Source of the DNA: an uncultured Bacteroidales bacterium
GTDB lineage: Bacteria > Bacteroidota > Bacteroidia > Bacteroidales > UBA10428
Direction: 5' to 3'
Length of the DNA stretch: 24,000 nt
Assembly (NCBI GenBank): GCA_964634105.1
Contig: CAZWIU010000010.1
Span: 1 to 24,000 of the forward strand
Part shown: piece by piece, positions 14,412-22,600 of the stretch
Position numbering within the stretch: the stretch's first letter is position 1
Layout: the number at the start of each line of letters is the position of its first letter
Position numbers and translations under genes: made by a program
The notes under the pieces: model-generated
What the model was told of the DNA's origin: nothing
The model's input: the letters and a program-made list of their open reading frames with translations, nothing else
The model's database searches: none

Positions 14412-16099
14412 ATAAGAACAGCTCACATACAATCCCTCCCTGGGTTAAAAATGTCTGGTTTGGGACAAACGACCTGGTCACTATAGCCAATAAAACAATA
14501 CGCCCGGCTGCAGCAAGTGATAAGCTGATAAAACTTAATTATAATACGGATGATATTATTGCGCTCATTCAGAATGCACATAAAAAGGGACTTGCCGATA
14601 CAAAGCTGTTTGCTTCCATGATACCAGGGAATTCTGTGGCTGTTTATTGTTCCAATCTCTGGCATTTTTTAAAAGATAACATTCGCTACCAGGTCGATCC
14701 GGTTGGTGATCAGTGGGTGAAATCTCCGGCCCGTGTCTGGTATGATAAGGTATGCGATTGTAAAAGCTTTGCAATCTTCGTGGGTACTGTACTGGCAAAC
14801 AAGGGGATCCCGTTTAAGTACCGTTTTGTATCCTTCAATCCCGATAATCCCATGGTCACGCATGTGTATGTTATAGTGATGCTGGGTAGCCGTGACTATT
14901 TACCAATGGATGTTGTATACCATTCATTTAACGCTGAAAAACCATTTTATCATAAAAAAGATATCATCATGGCAGGACTTCATTATTTGGCTGGCATAGG
15001 CAAGGCCACAGAAAAGATTTTTAACCTGGGCAACAAAGATATTTCACAAATTACAGACGGTGAGATGGATTTACTAATTGCCCGCGACAGGATGGAAACA
15101 GAAAAGGCGCTCGTCGAGAAAATACGAGGAATAGGATCCATTAAAGCAGAGCGATACCAGGATTCAATTGATATGCTCGACGATGCAATATCCGCAGTAA
15201 ATGCTTATCAAACCGGCAAGATCGGTGATATCGATACGGAACTTGCGTTAATATCTAACCAGGCCAGCCGGGGTGAATACCGTATGGCCGACCAGGTAGC
15301 AGGTATTGGTACGTTGCCTGGAAGGCAGGCATATCGTATGAAAAGACGAAAGCAATTGCAGGCAAAGCGGAGCGCCATAAAACGTAAACTTACTCCAGCC
15401 CAGAAAGCGAATATCTGGGGTATCCCGGAACTTTCCGGCATAGGTAAAACAAAGGGATTGCTTAAAAAAGTGGCTGGAAAAGTGAAAACAGCGACTAAGA
15501 AAATAGCAAAAGGAACTGCTAAAGTTGTAAAGACAGCCGTGAAGGTTGTAACTGCGCCGGCCCGATTGGTAGCAAAAGGAATTCTGGAAATTACATTACC
15601 CAAAGCATCTCCTTTCTTCTTATACCTGTTTATTAATGACCAGGCAATTCTCAATAAGGCTCCGGATAAGGTAAGGCAGAAACGTAAGAAAGCGGAGAAC
15701 GTTGCCAATTTCATTGTAAATGGTATCGGTATGAAGCGGGAACATTTCATGGGCATTGTCCGCAACGGCAATCTGAAACACTATGGAAAACAGCCCGAAA
15801 AGGTCATCGATGAAATGATGAAGGGAAAAGTATCCGGGATCGGGGTGATAGGAGCTGCCATTACAGCAGTAACAGAAATCATCACCAAGATACTCCAACT
15901 GGTAAAGAAAAACAAAACAAAAGACCTGGACATTAGCGCTGCTGATGGCCCGGACGCATCCGACTGGGCGAATCTGAGCAGCTCGGAAAAATCTGATCTG
16001 GGAAATGAAATTAAGTCCCAGGCTGATGACAGCGGAACCGATGGGGAAGGGCCATACGATACAGGAGGAAAATCCATCTGGGATTCCTTCGGAGGATAG
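14408..16099 (+). CDS. Large multi-segment virion protein: N-terminal transglutaminase-like Cys-His-Asp domain, six [LIV]xGIG motifs, Lys-rich segment, hydrophobic segment, acidic tail
   Basis: The ORF-track start at 14393 is TTG; the ATG at 14408 is ATGA-coupled. VCDCKSFAIFVGTVLANKGIPFKYRFVSF....THVYVIV......LPMDV matches the transglutaminase-like core (Cys codons 14753-14755 and 14759-14761, His 14861-14863, Asp 14909-14911). GIG motifs at 14993, 15128, 15302, 15437, 15722 and 15836. Confidence 0.85.
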   Translation: MNKNSSHTIPPWVKNVWFGTNDLVTIANKTIRPAAASDKLIKLNYNTDDIIALIQNAHKKGLADTKLFASMIPGNSVAVYCSNLWHFLKDNIRYQVDPVGDQWVKSPARVWYDKVCDCKSFAIFVGTVLANKGIPFKYRFVSFNPDNPMVTHVYVIVMLGSRDYLPMDVVYHSFNAEKPFYHKKDIIMAGLHYLAGIGKATEKIFNLGNKDISQITDGEMDLLIARDRMETEKALVEKIRGIGSIKAERYQDSIDMLDDAISAVNAYQTGKIGDIDTELALISNQASRGEYRMADQVAGIGTLPGRQAYRMKRRKQLQAKRSAIKRKLTPAQKANIWGIPELSGIGKTKGLLKKVAGKVKTATKKIAKGTAKVVKTAVKVVTAPARLVAKGILEITLPKASPFFLYLFINDQAILNKAPDKVRQKRKKAENVANFIVNGIGMKREHFMGIVRNGNLKHYGKQPEKVIDEMMKGKVSGIGVIGAAITAVTEIITKILQLVKKNKTKDLDISAADGPDASDWANLSSSEKSDLGNEIKSQADDSGTDGEGPYDTGGKSIWDSFGG

Positions 16100-16158
16100 T
16101 ACACAGTCCCCGGACTGTTGTATCCGGGATCATATATGTCAAACTAAAATTTTGAGAA

Positions 16159-16347
16159 ATGGCAAAACTTAAAATGCTTAAGTACCCCCGGAAACCAAAA
16201 GCGGGGGCCAGTGTGGCCACAATGGAAAGGTGGCTGAAACGAAAGGCTGAGATCGACCGGGAAAATTCCCGTCGAAAGAGCCAGAATAAAAAGGCTGAAA
16301 CGCTGCGGAAACGCATCAGCGGAATAAGCAGATGTGCAACCTATTAA
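16159..16347 (+). CDS. Very basic 62-aa protein (candidate DNA-condensing/core protein)
   Basis: About one third Lys+Arg by my count (KYPRKPK...WLKRKAEIDRENSRRKSQNKKAETLRKR). C-terminal ISGIS (16321-16329) resembles the GIG motif. Confidence 0.65.
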   Translation: MAKLKMLKYPRKPKAGASVATMERWLKRKAEIDRENSRRKSQNKKAETLRKRISGISRCATY

Positions 16348-16355
16348 TTACTATT

Positions 16356-16748
16356 ATGGCAAAGAAATTTGATTTCAAACGAATCGCTATGAAAGCAACC
16401 GGCGCTGCCAGTGGCGGTGCTGTGGCTTTAGCATCAAATAAGGTGCTTGGTAAATTCAATCCAAAGATCCGGGCTATCGCGAAGATAGCTGCGGGAGCTA
16501 TACTTCCGGAGATTGCTCCAAAATCTTCCTTTGTAAATGATATGGGTTGTGGTATGATCGGGGCCGGAGCTGCTGAGTTAACCGAAGCGCTGGTTCCTGC
16601 TCTGGCCGGTGAAACAGTATCCGGGATAGGTGAAGACAAAGGCTATGTCATTGATGAAGAATACAGCCTCGAAGGGATCGCTGCTGATCCTTCAAAGGAG
16701 GATAACCCCGTGCTGGGGGATATTCCTTCTGATGTTGAAGACTGGTAG
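16356..16748 (+). CDS. Gly/Ala-rich hydrophobic protein with acidic C-terminal tail
   Basis: The ATG at 16356 (MAKKFDFK) lies 8 nt after the upstream stop; an alternative ATG at 16332 overlaps that gene. ATGAASGGAVALAS...IAAGAILPEIA...GMIGAGAAELTEALVPALAG, then VSGIG (16623-16631), then EDKGYVIDEEY...DVEDW. Confidence 0.7.
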   Translation: MAKKFDFKRIAMKATGAASGGAVALASNKVLGKFNPKIRAIAKIAAGAILPEIAPKSSFVNDMGCGMIGAGAAELTEALVPALAGETVSGIGEDKGYVIDEEYSLEGIAADPSKEDNPVLGDIPSDVEDW

Positions 16749-16829
16749 TCTCAGCCTCTTAGATAAAAGGTACTAATTCTCAGAAACGTATTGCGCCATT
16801 AAGAGAATAGTCACTAAAAAAAGAGAAAA

Positions 16830-17612
16830 ATGAAGACTTTTATTAAAATCATTGCTTTTACAGGTTTGATCATTGCCTGTTTTGTACTCCAGGGTGCTTT
16901 CGATTGTAACGCAGTTTTTGGAGCACTACATGACACGTTATCCATCGATAATCTTACCGTTGCCGGTTCAGCTGTTATTGGTATAGGGGCTTTCAGGGAC
17001 AGGGCCATTTTTAAAGGTCTCCGGAATCAATTTCCCGGAACTGTTCCCCAGCCGGGATCCTACCTTCGTATTGAACAGGTGCTAAGTAATAGCAGCGGTA
17101 AATATGAATTCCGTTTAAAAAAGACTAACACAGAAAAAATACAGGAGGTTAAACTTGAACAAAACGACATTTTTGTCATCACTGACCTGGCTGTATACCT
17201 TCTGAAAGCAGATACCACAAAGGAGGGCAAGGATGTACTTCAGACGTTTGTCAACCAACAGGTTTTCCCTGCCGTTACCGGTTTTACTCCGGGACACCTG
17301 GAAGCTATATATAACGGAAAACTAAGCCTGAAAGTCGGACAGATCAATCATATCGAAAACCTCTCTATGCAGTATTTCAGGAATGTTCCTGAAACACAGC
17401 AGTCGGCAGGAACTAACCTTTCGGAATATGACATTAAAAACGCTGTCTATCCGCTGGGTTCAAACCTGAATTTGCGGGGGAATGATGATGTGATTGTAAC
17501 AATCGAATTCCCAACATTCACCGGGATGCAGATTGCTGCTGTCGCTGCTAATACTGAACACAGGATCGTATTCCATCCATACGGTTATTTAATGCGCAAC
17601 GCTGCTAAGTAG
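16830..17612 (+). CDS. Abundant-looking beta-rich virion protein (candidate major capsid/coat component) with lipoprotein-type signal peptide
   Basis: MKTFIKIIAFTGLIIAC has n- and h-regions and a lipobox (L-I-I-A-C, Cys17). VIGIG at 16980-16988. The rest alternates short beta-like stretches. It is followed by the strongest terminator in the window. The capsid assignment is inference only. Confidence 0.75.
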   Translation: MKTFIKIIAFTGLIIACFVLQGAFDCNAVFGALHDTLSIDNLTVAGSAVIGIGAFRDRAIFKGLRNQFPGTVPQPGSYLRIEQVLSNSSGKYEFRLKKTNTEKIQEVKLEQNDIFVITDLAVYLLKADTTKEGKDVLQTFVNQQVFPAVTGFTPGHLEAIYNGKLSLKVGQINHIENLSMQYFRNVPETQQSAGTNLSEYDIKNAVYPLGSNLNLRGNDDVIVTIEFPTFTGMQIAAVAANTEHRIVFHPYGYLMRNAAK

Positions 17613-17639
17613 TTGTTTAATTGTAGGTCAGTTAGGGTT

Positions 17640-17677
17640 AATAAGCCGGGTTCGGCACGCTTGCCCGGCTTATTTTT
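17640..17677 (+). terminator. Strong intrinsic terminator after the 260-aa protein gene
   Basis: AATAAGCCGGG (17640-17650) pairs perfectly with CCCGGCTTATT (17664-17674), followed by a T-run to 17677. Confidence 0.8.
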
Positions 17678-17695
17678 CACTTAAAAATTACGTCA

Positions 17696-18082
17696 ATGGA
17701 TATAGTTCTGAATAATCTAGAAAATATTGAGCTGGTTGTAGACAATATAAATAAAACCAAGTTCAATTTCCCGGACATAGAAAACATCCGTGGGAAGAAA
17801 ATAAAAGTGATCGATATACCTTCAGTCAATGAAGTAACGGTTACACCCTTAGGGAAAGCCAATATCAACGACACAGTATATGGTAAGTCATTCCTTGTAT
17901 TGAATGTTGCCGGATCCGAAAAGATCAACCGTATCCCGCTTAAGAGCCTGAACCCTTTTGCCAATAATACCCGCTTGTTTTTTAACGACCTGGTAGTCGA
18001 TTGGACACGATCATACATCGAGGTAGGAAGCACAGCGGGCTTGGTGGCAAATGAAGCTTTCTTTCTGAATGTATTCTTTTAA
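17696..18082 (+). CDS. Small beta-rich virion protein
   Basis: 128-aa ORF in the virion block with an alternating hydrophobic pattern (KIKVIDIPSVNEVTVTPLG, SFLVLNVAGSEKINRIPL, EAFFLNVFF). No motif recognised. Confidence 0.7.
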   Translation: MDIVLNNLENIELVVDNINKTKFNFPDIENIRGKKIKVIDIPSVNEVTVTPLGKANINDTVYGKSFLVLNVAGSEKINRIPLKSLNPFANNTRLFFNDLVVDWTRSYIEVGSTAGLVANEAFFLNVFF

Positions 18083-18093
18083 CCTGAAATAAA

Positions 18094-18801
18094 ATGATCA
18101 TTGGCAGCGATAAAGTGATCGAGTGGTTAAGGACGAATGAAACACCTTACTGGCGGATCCTGAATACGGAAAAGGGCGGTGTGATATTCGAGGGATTGAA
18201 TAGTAAGGAAGAACTTACACTTAATGATTCGGTTACCCGTTTGGAGCAGGCATTGGCTATGCTAAGCGCGGGAACCTATTATATGGATGCCTGGGATAAG
18301 TTTAAAGCGTCGAACAATGACCGTTTTAAAACACGTTTTGTGATAACCGGAAATGAAAATCAAAATTCACCAGGTGGAATCGGTAATTTTCAGGGTATGG
18401 TCCCCCAGGCAAGTATCCAGGAACAGATAAAAAAGGCACTGGATGACTATAAACGCGACCAGGAGAACGAGAGGTTACGAACTGAAGTCAACCAGCTGAA
18501 TGAAGAAATCAACAACACATTCTACCGTGTTGTCAAAAGGCTGGAACCGGTGTTAGGGCTTGCAGGAGTTGCCATTGAGGATTTATACCCGGAAATGAAA
18601 CAGATCCGGATTACCGGGCCAAATCAGGATTTAAAAAGCGATGAAATGAATATCCAGGATCAGCAACGATTAGAAAATGCCTTTGAGTCATGGGGTAAAA
18701 AGGATTCCGATTGCATTACCCTGGTTGAAAAGATTGCCAGGCTTGCAGAAAGTGATCCGGCAACCTATGCCATGGCCAAAAAAATCTTAATGAGCAAATA
18801 A
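18094..18801 (+). CDS. Virion-block protein with central acidic coiled coil (scaffold-like)
   Basis: 235 aa. PGGIG at 18376-18384, followed by QEQIKKALDDYKRDQENERLRTEVNQLNEEINN. TAATG overlap with the next gene at 18799-18803. Confidence 0.75.
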   Translation: MIIGSDKVIEWLRTNETPYWRILNTEKGGVIFEGLNSKEELTLNDSVTRLEQALAMLSAGTYYMDAWDKFKASNNDRFKTRFVITGNENQNSPGGIGNFQGMVPQASIQEQIKKALDDYKRDQENERLRTEVNQLNEEINNTFYRVVKRLEPVLGLAGVAIEDLYPEMKQIRITGPNQDLKSDEMNIQDQQRLENAFESWGKKDSDCITLVEKIARLAESDPATYAMAKKILMSK

Positions 18802-19688
18802 TGGGATTCAAAAGCGATAGGATCAATAAGGCAGCTGTACCAAAGGGAACCAGCCTTAACTACAGGGAGAAGCCAACTACTTCATCCAAAATCCTGCATA
18901 CTTCGCAAGCGGGAAAATTTGCTGGAAGGACTACCGGGGATTATTTGGATCAGTCTGACGGTCGCTGGTGGCAGGTTATCCTTACGGGAACGAACGCACT
19001 TGCCTGGGTAAGGGAAGATGTTACCAGTTTTCAGAAACCGCCCAGTGATCCTGCATTAAATGAAAAGGATGTCCAGGGTATCGTTGATAAGCTGGTAAAC
19101 AATGATATTGAAGTATATCACTCGCTATTACGTTCCAGCGCTCTTTTAAAGGATGCTGCAGCAAAAGGTAAGGATGTATCATCCTTTCAGAAAGCACATG
19201 CTCAGCTCAATGCACGGCTGGAAGCCAGGCAGGATAAAATAAAAAACTCGAAGCTCTTATCCTGGAAAGAAGGAATAAAGAAAGGATATGAAAACCTTAA
19301 GAAGAGTTATATCAACTATGTAACAAGTCCTGAATATCATGCAGCCGCAATGATGAATGTTTACGGGATCGGCTCGATAACAGGTGTAGTGATTGGAGCT
19401 GTAATTGGCGCAGGTTTGATCGTAGGTGCTTATTTTGCTTTTAAACCGAAATATGATGAAAGCACTGCCGATTTAAAAATATCAAAAGATCTGGAAGCTG
19501 CCCTGGCGACATTAACGCCAGAAAAAGCAGCTGAAGTAAAAGCCGATCTTGAAAAACAAATCGATACCGCATACAACCAGGGAAAAACTGACCAGTTCAT
19601 ATCAACCAATCTCAAATGGATTGGCTTTGCAGCTTTGGGGTTCTTTGGGATAAGCTTTTTGATGAATCAAAGCAGAAGGAATGAATGA
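18801..19688 (+). CDS. SH3b-like domain protein with two transmembrane helices
   Basis: LNYREKPTTSSKILHTSQAGKF...DGRWWQVILTGTNALAWVREDV fits the bacterial SH3 pattern. VYGIG (19365-19373) directly precedes the TM helix SITGVVIGAVIGAGLIVGAYFAF. Second TM: WIGFAALGFFGISFLM. Confidence 0.75.
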   Translation: MGFKSDRINKAAVPKGTSLNYREKPTTSSKILHTSQAGKFAGRTTGDYLDQSDGRWWQVILTGTNALAWVREDVTSFQKPPSDPALNEKDVQGIVDKLVNNDIEVYHSLLRSSALLKDAAAKGKDVSSFQKAHAQLNARLEARQDKIKNSKLLSWKEGIKKGYENLKKSYINYVTSPEYHAAAMMNVYGIGSITGVVIGAVIGAGLIVGAYFAFKPKYDESTADLKISKDLEAALATLTPEKAAEVKADLEKQIDTAYNQGKTDQFISTNLKWIGFAALGFFGISFLMNQSRRNE

Positions 19689-20277
19689 GCAGCAATTTAT
19701 CAATACATTCTGGCCCTATGCAAAACAGGTGCAAACCAAATACAGGATACCTGCATTAGTGGCACTGGCGCAAGCTGCTCTTGAATCGGGCTGGGGAAAA
19801 TCAACACCTGGCCATATGCTTTTCGGGATTAAAGCAGGATCTTCATGGAAGGGAGAGAAGCAATTGTTAACTACCTCCGAGTATCATGACACAAACACCG
19901 TTAAATACCCGGAGATAATCTCGATAGAAAAGCTGGATACCGGCCGGTATAAATACAAGGTAAAGACCTGGTTCCGTAAATACAATTCATTTGCAGAAAG
20001 CTTTGATGATTATGGAAAACTACTTTCCGGATCCGAAAGGTATAAAAACGCATTCACCTATTCGGATCCTTACAAGTTTGCTGCTGAAATAGCAAAAGCA
20101 GGATACTCAACATCAAAAGATTATTATACTCAACTGGCAAAAATAATCAACGGGCTACAGAAAGAAAGCCCGACGAATCAATACATAAAAGCAATTGCAG
20201 CAGGTGTAATGCTGGGGTTGGTAATAAACTTAAAAGATCAACACGACTATGCGAAAGCCAATAGGAGTAAGCTATAA
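19681..20277 (+). CDS. GH73 N-acetylglucosaminidase-type peptidoglycan hydrolase with C-terminal hydrophobic segment
   Basis: IPALVALAQAALESGWGKS....MLFGIKA is the glucosaminidase (FlgJ/GH73) signature (catalytic Glu codon 19783-19785). C-terminal IKAIAAGVMLGLVINL. ATGAATGA overlap with the upstream gene. Confidence 0.85.
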   Translation: MNEQQFINTFWPYAKQVQTKYRIPALVALAQAALESGWGKSTPGHMLFGIKAGSSWKGEKQLLTTSEYHDTNTVKYPEIISIEKLDTGRYKYKVKTWFRKYNSFAESFDDYGKLLSGSERYKNAFTYSDPYKFAAEIAKAGYSTSKDYYTQLAKIINGLQKESPTNQYIKAIAAGVMLGLVINLKDQHDYAKANRSKL

Positions 20278-20521
20278 AACCGAGCTGATAACAGAAAGTC
20301 AGCAGGTAAACCCTGAAAAGTGTTCCTGTATTTCATTCGAAAATATAGGAAAGGATAATGCTACCATTAACAATGATATTCCCTGTAACCCGGACAATGT
20401 GCCGCGTGAATTCAATAATGACACCAACTGCATTATCCAGGATAGTTTTATGCTGAAATTTTCCGGAAGCTCAGCTGATATGCGAATCCTGGTAATAAAA
20501 ACCTTTTATAATACTATATAG
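20249..20521 (+). CDS. Hypothetical protein
   Basis: 90-aa ATG-initiated ORF overlapping the GH73 gene end by 29 nt. No motif recognised. Confidence 0.55.
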   Translation: MRKPIGVSYKTELITESQQVNPEKCSCISFENIGKDNATINNDIPCNPDNVPREFNNDTNCIIQDSFMLKFSGSSADMRILVIKTFYNTI

Positions 20522-20522
20522 T

Positions 20523-20768
20523 ATGGCATTCGATAGCAAACTCATAGAGCTGAACCTGAAGGCGGATCTGGTCGATGTAGTAAGCGATACCCTCATATAT
20601 GAAGGATTTTTCCTGCCCGGTAAGAGTGGTTATACTGATCCGGTATGTAAGATTGTACGCCGCCAGCAAACAGGAACCGTCTGGGCCACCATGTATGCCG
20701 ACGGTGATGAGAATTACGACAACGTCTGGAATAACAGGGCAGCCTTAAGCTATTCACATTTAATTTAA
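20523..20768 (+). CDS. Hypothetical small protein
   Basis: 81-aa ORF starting 2 nt after the previous stop. Confidence 0.65.
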   Translation: MAFDSKLIELNLKADLVDVVSDTLIYEGFFLPGKSGYTDPVCKIVRRQQTGTVWATMYADGDENYDNVWNNRAALSYSHLI

Positions 20769-20774
20769 TGATAT

Positions 20775-22598
20775 ATGCCGGCAAAATATGATCCCTTCAG
20801 TGGCCGCTTATATCTTCTGCCGTCAATTAAGGCCGATGATATCGATGACCAGGCAATCACTGAAGAAAAACTCAATACAAATGTCACGAGTAAACTGCTA
20901 AATTTCGGGAGTGCTTTCTCTCTCGAAGAAATCGGCGAATTTGATACTCTGAAAAAGTCTCATTACAATGCCCTGGCTATCCATGCCGTGAATGGTTCTA
21001 CCCCTTGCTGTTATTACTATGAAGGAACATATAAACGGTTCTATTTCACCTATTATGGATCCTACAAGGATGCTGCCGGTACAAATAAAACAGCCGGGAA
21101 GTATGTAAACTATGTAGCTTACTATGATCTTCAAACCGAAGTATTATCGCGGGATGTTGAAATTCCACACGGTTTTCCAACCAGTACAGATCAGCACAAT
21201 ATACCAACCCTGATAGTGGCCGATGATGGACACATTCTATTATTCCAGGAATCGCTTTTGCCCTCCGGGGCGCATAACAGTTCAATCGAAGTATGGCGAT
21301 CAAATGCAGCTGAAACCATCGAAGATCCTTCTAGTCCTGGAACACATTATTTTACAAAAGTTGCCGATTTCGGATACCCGATAACCGGTACATACCGGAT
21401 CTCGTATCCTAAAATTATAAAGGGATCTGCAACTGGTGAATTATTTATGCAGGCCCGTGGATACGATGCTGCTAATGGTCACTCAAACCTTGTATTTGCT
21501 AAATCAATCGATAATGGCCAGAACTGGACTGATCTTTCGGGCAATGCAAATCTTTTTACTCTGGTTGGCGATTGCAACCCAACCTTTGACGATTGTGACT
21601 GGTATTTTTATTCTACCTCAATGATCGCTCCCAGGACAGCCGGGTTAAATGTGCTAACCTATTGCAATGAAGGGCCAACAGGAACCAATACAACCAGTGG
21701 CCAGGCTGCTGCCTCTCGTTATAAGACGATGCACTATCTATATAGCACTGATGGAATCACCTGGGGGAATATTGTATGGAAAAATTCTGCCGGTGCATCC
21801 GGGTTTAGTAAGAATATTCTTACCTCAGGAGCTATCACCAGGGCAGAATTAGATGCTAATTTCCTTGTTTACGATGCTAACCCTGTTCAGAATGTAAGTT
21901 TAACGCCTTTTAGTACCGGTGTCGACTCAGCCGGAAATCCTTATATCTTATGGCAATATTTCACCAGGCCGGTCACCAAAACAGGGGATGCAAAAAACCT
22001 GCTGAATGTTTATTTTACCTACCATAATGGGACTACCTGGATACATGTCGATATCAGCTCCCTGGTGCTTACAAAAAATAATATTCCGGATAGCATCCCT
22101 TCGATCTATTATAACCGTGGCGATATGATAGCCTATTCGCCTGGTCACATAGATATTATGCTATATCGTTATGTAGGTAAGGAAAATGTCAACCTTAAGA
22201 AGTATAGCGCGATTAGTTCCGATGCGGACCGTGTTATCGGTGGAATTTATATTGTTAATACAACACAGACAGATCATTTTGGCACAGGTATAATTGCCGG
22301 CGATATCATACAAATTACAGCTTCGACACCCTCATGCGATGCAAATAATACCTTGCTGGCATTCGATACCGAGTTTGTTATTTATCGTACCCAGAATTAC
22401 GGACTATCGTGGCAGCTTTATAAACGTTTACTGCAAAAAAGCGATTCGCTGTTCGGTATGAATTCAAATAATGCAGCGATCAATTTCAATTACCTGGACA
22501 GTAAAAAGCTGGCTCTTTTGCTTGGGATCCCTGCTTCATATAATGGGACGGCTTTAACACACATGTATTTTAAGTTATTCTATGGTCAAATCGATTAG
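20775..22598 (+). CDS. BNR/Asp-box repeat (sialidase-like beta-propeller) protein; candidate receptor-binding spike or fibre
   Basis: Asp-boxes SIDNGQNW (21504-21527) and STDGITW (21744-21764), plus degenerate TQNYGLSW. At 607 aa it is the largest late ORF and sits just upstream of the lysis genes. Confidence 0.75.
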   Translation: MPAKYDPFSGRLYLLPSIKADDIDDQAITEEKLNTNVTSKLLNFGSAFSLEEIGEFDTLKKSHYNALAIHAVNGSTPCCYYYEGTYKRFYFTYYGSYKDAAGTNKTAGKYVNYVAYYDLQTEVLSRDVEIPHGFPTSTDQHNIPTLIVADDGHILLFQESLLPSGAHNSSIEVWRSNAAETIEDPSSPGTHYFTKVADFGYPITGTYRISYPKIIKGSATGELFMQARGYDAANGHSNLVFAKSIDNGQNWTDLSGNANLFTLVGDCNPTFDDCDWYFYSTSMIAPRTAGLNVLTYCNEGPTGTNTTSGQAAASRYKTMHYLYSTDGITWGNIVWKNSAGASGFSKNILTSGAITRAELDANFLVYDANPVQNVSLTPFSTGVDSAGNPYILWQYFTRPVTKTGDAKNLLNVYFTYHNGTTWIHVDISSLVLTKNNIPDSIPSIYYNRGDMIAYSPGHIDIMLYRYVGKENVNLKKYSAISSDADRVIGGIYIVNTTQTDHFGTGIIAGDIIQITASTPSCDANNTLLAFDTEFVIYRTQNYGLSWQLYKRLLQKSDSLFGMNSNNAAINFNYLDSKKLALLLGIPASYNGTALTHMYFKLFYGQID

Positions 22599-22600
22599 TT

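Noticed and set aside
15437-15451. SGIGKT read as a Walker A (P-loop) motif
   Set aside because: The residue five positions before the GK is Glu, not Gly, so GxxxxGK[ST] is not satisfied. There is no Walker B downstream, and the context is a Lys-rich low-complexity segment.
13636-16639. Numerous minus-strand ORFs of 60-187 aa opposite the virion genes (13636-14085, 14009-14392, 14097-14432, 14423-14665, 14565-14798, 14669-14863, 15208-15771, 15620-15898, 15781-16104, 16011-16316, 16316-16639)
   Set aside because: They are nested antisense to long plus-strand CDSs that carry clear motifs. Their translations are low-complexity and Cys/Phe/Arg/Ser-rich, and they overlap each other in several frames. 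These are shadow ORFs.
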